DNA of 5,754 nucleotides from a virus (Monodnaviria; Loebvirae; Hofneiviricota; Faserviricetes; Tubulavirales; Inoviridae): IMG/VR virus record IMGVR_UViG_2698536559_000001, positions 1 to 5,754 of that record; one strand, 5' to 3'. Shown piece by piece: positions 1 to 5,754 of this stretch (position 1 is its first letter; each line of letters starts with the position of its first letter). The notes under the pieces were generated by a model. It saw only the letters and a program-made list of their open reading frames with translations, ran no database searches and was not told where the DNA came from. The position numbers and the translations under genes were made by a program.

Positions 1-273
<273 letters not shown>

Positions 274-278
274 GTTTT

Positions 279-452
279 ATGTCAGCTAATTCGGATTCGG
301 TTTCCACGCAAATTAATGCTGTTTGCGTGGGAATACCTGATGTGTCGGGGATTGATTCTTCGGCGTTTTTAACGGGATTTTCACTGCCAGTATTTTGTTT
401 TTTTCTTGGCATGATTATTTCCACAATCTGGAGTCTAATAAGGAGACTTTAA
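279..452 (+). CDS. Small hydrophobic protein (57 aa), candidate minor coat protein (pVII/pIX-like) or membrane protein
   Basis: ATG at 279 to TAA at 450-452, below the length cutoff of the supplied ORF track. The C-terminal half is hydrophobic (FLTGFSLPVFCFFLGMIISTIWSLIRRL) with a basic tail. It sits immediately upstream of the major coat gene, where Ff phages carry small virion-cap genes. The AGGAG ribosome-binding site of the next gene lies inside its 3' end. Confidence 0.35.
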   Translation: MSANSDSVSTQINAVCVGIPDVSGIDSSAFLTGFSLPVFCFFLGMIISTIWSLIRRL

Positions 453-454
453 TT

Positions 455-706
455 ATGTTTGCAAAAATGACTGATGATTTTAAGGGTGCTAATAAGAAAG
501 TTGCAGCTTTATCTTTTTCAGCTGCTTCTGCTCTTGCTGCATCTCCGTCTTTTGCTGAAAGTACAGTCGATTTTTCATCGCTGACTAGCAGTATTGATAT
601 GTCTTCTGTTTCTGCCGTTATTCTTTCTATCGGTGTTGCAGGAGTTACAGTTTATCTTACTTTTGCAGGCGTCCGTAAAGTATGGGGAGCCATCAGAAGT
701 ATCTGA
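455..706 (+). CDS. Major coat protein precursor (pVIII-like), 83 aa
   Basis: AGGAG at 441-445 sits 9 nt before ATG 455. The leader MFAKMTDDFKGANKKVAALSFSAASALAASPSFA ends in SFA, the same signal-peptidase motif as M13 pVIII. The predicted mature part of about 49 aa has an acidic N-terminus (E, D, D), a hydrophobic core (VSAVILSIGVAGVTVYLTFAGV) and a basic C-terminus (RKVWGAIRSI), the standard pVIII architecture. The TTG at 395 given in the ORF track is probably an over-extension. Confidence 0.75.
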   Translation: MFAKMTDDFKGANKKVAALSFSAASALAASPSFAESTVDFSSLTSSIDMSSVSAVILSIGVAGVTVYLTFAGVRKVWGAIRSI

Positions 707-723
707 GTTGTTTTTATGGGGAA

Positions 724-745
724 GGGCGGATATCCGCCCTTTTTT
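724..745 (+). terminator. Rho-independent terminator after the major coat gene
   Basis: GGGCGG (724-729) pairs with CCGCCC (734-739) around loop ATAT, followed directly by TTTTTT (740-745), 18 nt after the pVIII stop. Ff phages have a strong terminator at the same position. Confidence 0.7.
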
Positions 746-843
746 GATCGGAGTTCTTTATGTGGGAATTTATTTTCATGATGTACGGCTCTCTTTGTGG
801 GCTTTGTTGTGTTATGGGTTTTAAGAGTAATATGTGAGTTTTT

Positions 844-1016
844 ATGCAAAAGACAGAAATCCGGCTACAAATACCCGTTGATGTAATAAAGAAGATAGAA
901 AAAATTATCGAACGACAGAATATAACTGTTGATGATTATATTGTTTCATCTGTTTCAGAAGTTGCTGACCGTGATTTTCGCAACATTGTTAAGCCTTTCT
1001 CTTTTGATTTTGGGGG

Positions 1017-1026
<10 letters not shown>
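844..1026 (+). CDS. Hypothetical small hydrophilic protein (60 aa), possible ribbon-helix-helix-like DNA-binding protein
   Basis: ATG 844 to TGA 1024-1026 with a weak GTGAG ribosome-binding site upstream. Sequence MQKTEIRLQIPVDVIKKIEKIIERQNITVDDYIVSSVSEVADRDF has a short strand-like segment (IRLQI) followed by two helix-like segments, as in CopG/Arc-type folds; it has no signal peptide or transmembrane segment. Its end overlaps the pIII start by 10 nt. The fold assignment is inference. Confidence 0.4.
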
Positions 1027-2624
<1,598 letters not shown>

Positions 2625-2638
2625 TAATCAGGTGGTGA

Positions 2639-2929
<291 letters not shown>

Positions 2930-2940
2930 ACGGGTGATTT

Positions 2941-5255
<2,315 letters not shown>

Positions 5256-5525
5256 TGCCGCGCCAGCGGCATGGAAGGCGGCATGATGAAGTTTCATGTG
5301 ACGCAGATGTCAGCCCGCCGAAGCCAGTGAGAGATGACAGAGCAGCAGGAGACAGCGCAACGCGCCGCCTGCCAGACCGCCTTTAAACGGGCAGTCAGCG
5401 AGACGAACGACGCAAGGCGTGAGTCGTCCATGCATTGATGTGGCATGTTGATGGAATTGATGATTTACAGCGTTCTGGTGAGGATTCGATGTGGCTTTCA
5501 GTCTGTTTTTACCGCATCTCATTGC

Positions 5526-5558
5526 AGTGCGTATAAGGTATATGCCGTTATGTTGAAT
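5526..5558 (+). other. Degenerate dif-like XerC/XerD site with a 5-nt expanded central region (candidate phage attP-derived site)
   Basis: AGTGCGTATAA (10 of 11 versus the dif XerC arm), then GGTATA (5 of 6 versus central TGTATA), then inserted TGCCG, then TTATGTTGAAT (10 of 11 versus the XerD arm). It is in the same orientation as the dif site 107 bp downstream and shares its flanking C and the A at position 1. Confidence 0.4.
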
Positions 5559-5664
5559 CGGGTGCGGCGAAAATGGCGATCGCCGCGCCCGATTTACACA
5601 TAACGCTCTTGTACGCACTGCTTTTAACGGGGCATCTTTTTGTCTTATCGATAACTGCTATAAC

Positions 5665-5692
5665 AGTGCGCATAATGTATATTATGTTAAAT
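5665..5692 (+). other. dif-like 28-bp XerC/XerD recombination site (prophage-chromosome junction, attR-like)
   Basis: AGTGCGCATAA-TGTATA-TTATGTTAAAT matches the E. coli dif consensus GGTGCGCATAATGTATATTATGTTAAAT at 27 of 28 positions; the only mismatch is position 1 of the XerC arm. It lies at the end of the phage-like region. Confidence 0.8.
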
Positions 5693-5754
5693 TGAATTTG
5701 AGTGATGCGAAGCGATTTTCCGGTCGTCGTTATTACTTCAGGGTTCCAGAACAT

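Noticed and set aside
395-454. TTG start at 395 extending the major coat protein by 20 residues
   Set aside because: The extension (MFFSWHDYFHNLESNKETLI) precedes a strong AGGAG site and ATG at 455 and would bury the signal peptide; ATG 455 is the more plausible start, and ATG 467 remains possible.
804-833. Sigma70-like promoter (TTGTTG, 18 bp, TAATAT) upstream of the 60-aa ORF
   Set aside because: Matches are weak, and the -10 element would put the transcript start within about 10 nt of the ATG, removing the putative ribosome-binding site. Not supportable without transcript mapping.
5334-5438. Plus-strand 34-aa ORF (MTEQQETAQRAACQTAFKRAVSETNDARRESSMH) in the GC-rich region
   Set aside because: Very short, with no clear ribosome-binding site and no recognisable features; cannot be distinguished from chance.
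5310-5618. Minus-strand ORF of 102 aa (also 5548..5754, 68 aa)
   Set aside because: Arg/Cys/His-rich low-complexity translation with no ribosome-binding site, antisense to the operon, and spanning the dif-like sites and hairpins; most likely a chance open frame in GC-rich non-coding DNA.

Overview
The window reads as the late (structural, assembly and export) half of a filamentous Inoviridae-type prophage, ending in a dif-like XerC/XerD recombination site. All supported genes are on the + strand, tightly packed, and T-rich in the coding strand. Gene order is: 3' end of an upstream gene (1-273), a small hydrophobic ORF (279-452), a pVIII-like major coat protein (455-706) followed by an intrinsic terminator, a small hydrophilic ORF (844-1026), a pIII-like adsorption protein with a long Gly-Thr tandem repeat (1017-2624), a pVI-like protein (2642-2929), a Zot/pI-family P-loop assembly protein (2941-3999), and a pIV-like secretin (3996-5255). 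A GC-richer non-coding region follows (5256-5664) containing hairpins and a degenerate dif-like site (5526-5558), then a near-canonical 28-bp dif site (5665-5692). This suggests an element integrated at dif by host XerCD (IMEX-type). All assignments are from reading the sequence and recalled family features (M13 pVIII, pVI, pIV; Vibrio cholerae Zot; E. coli dif); no database search was run.
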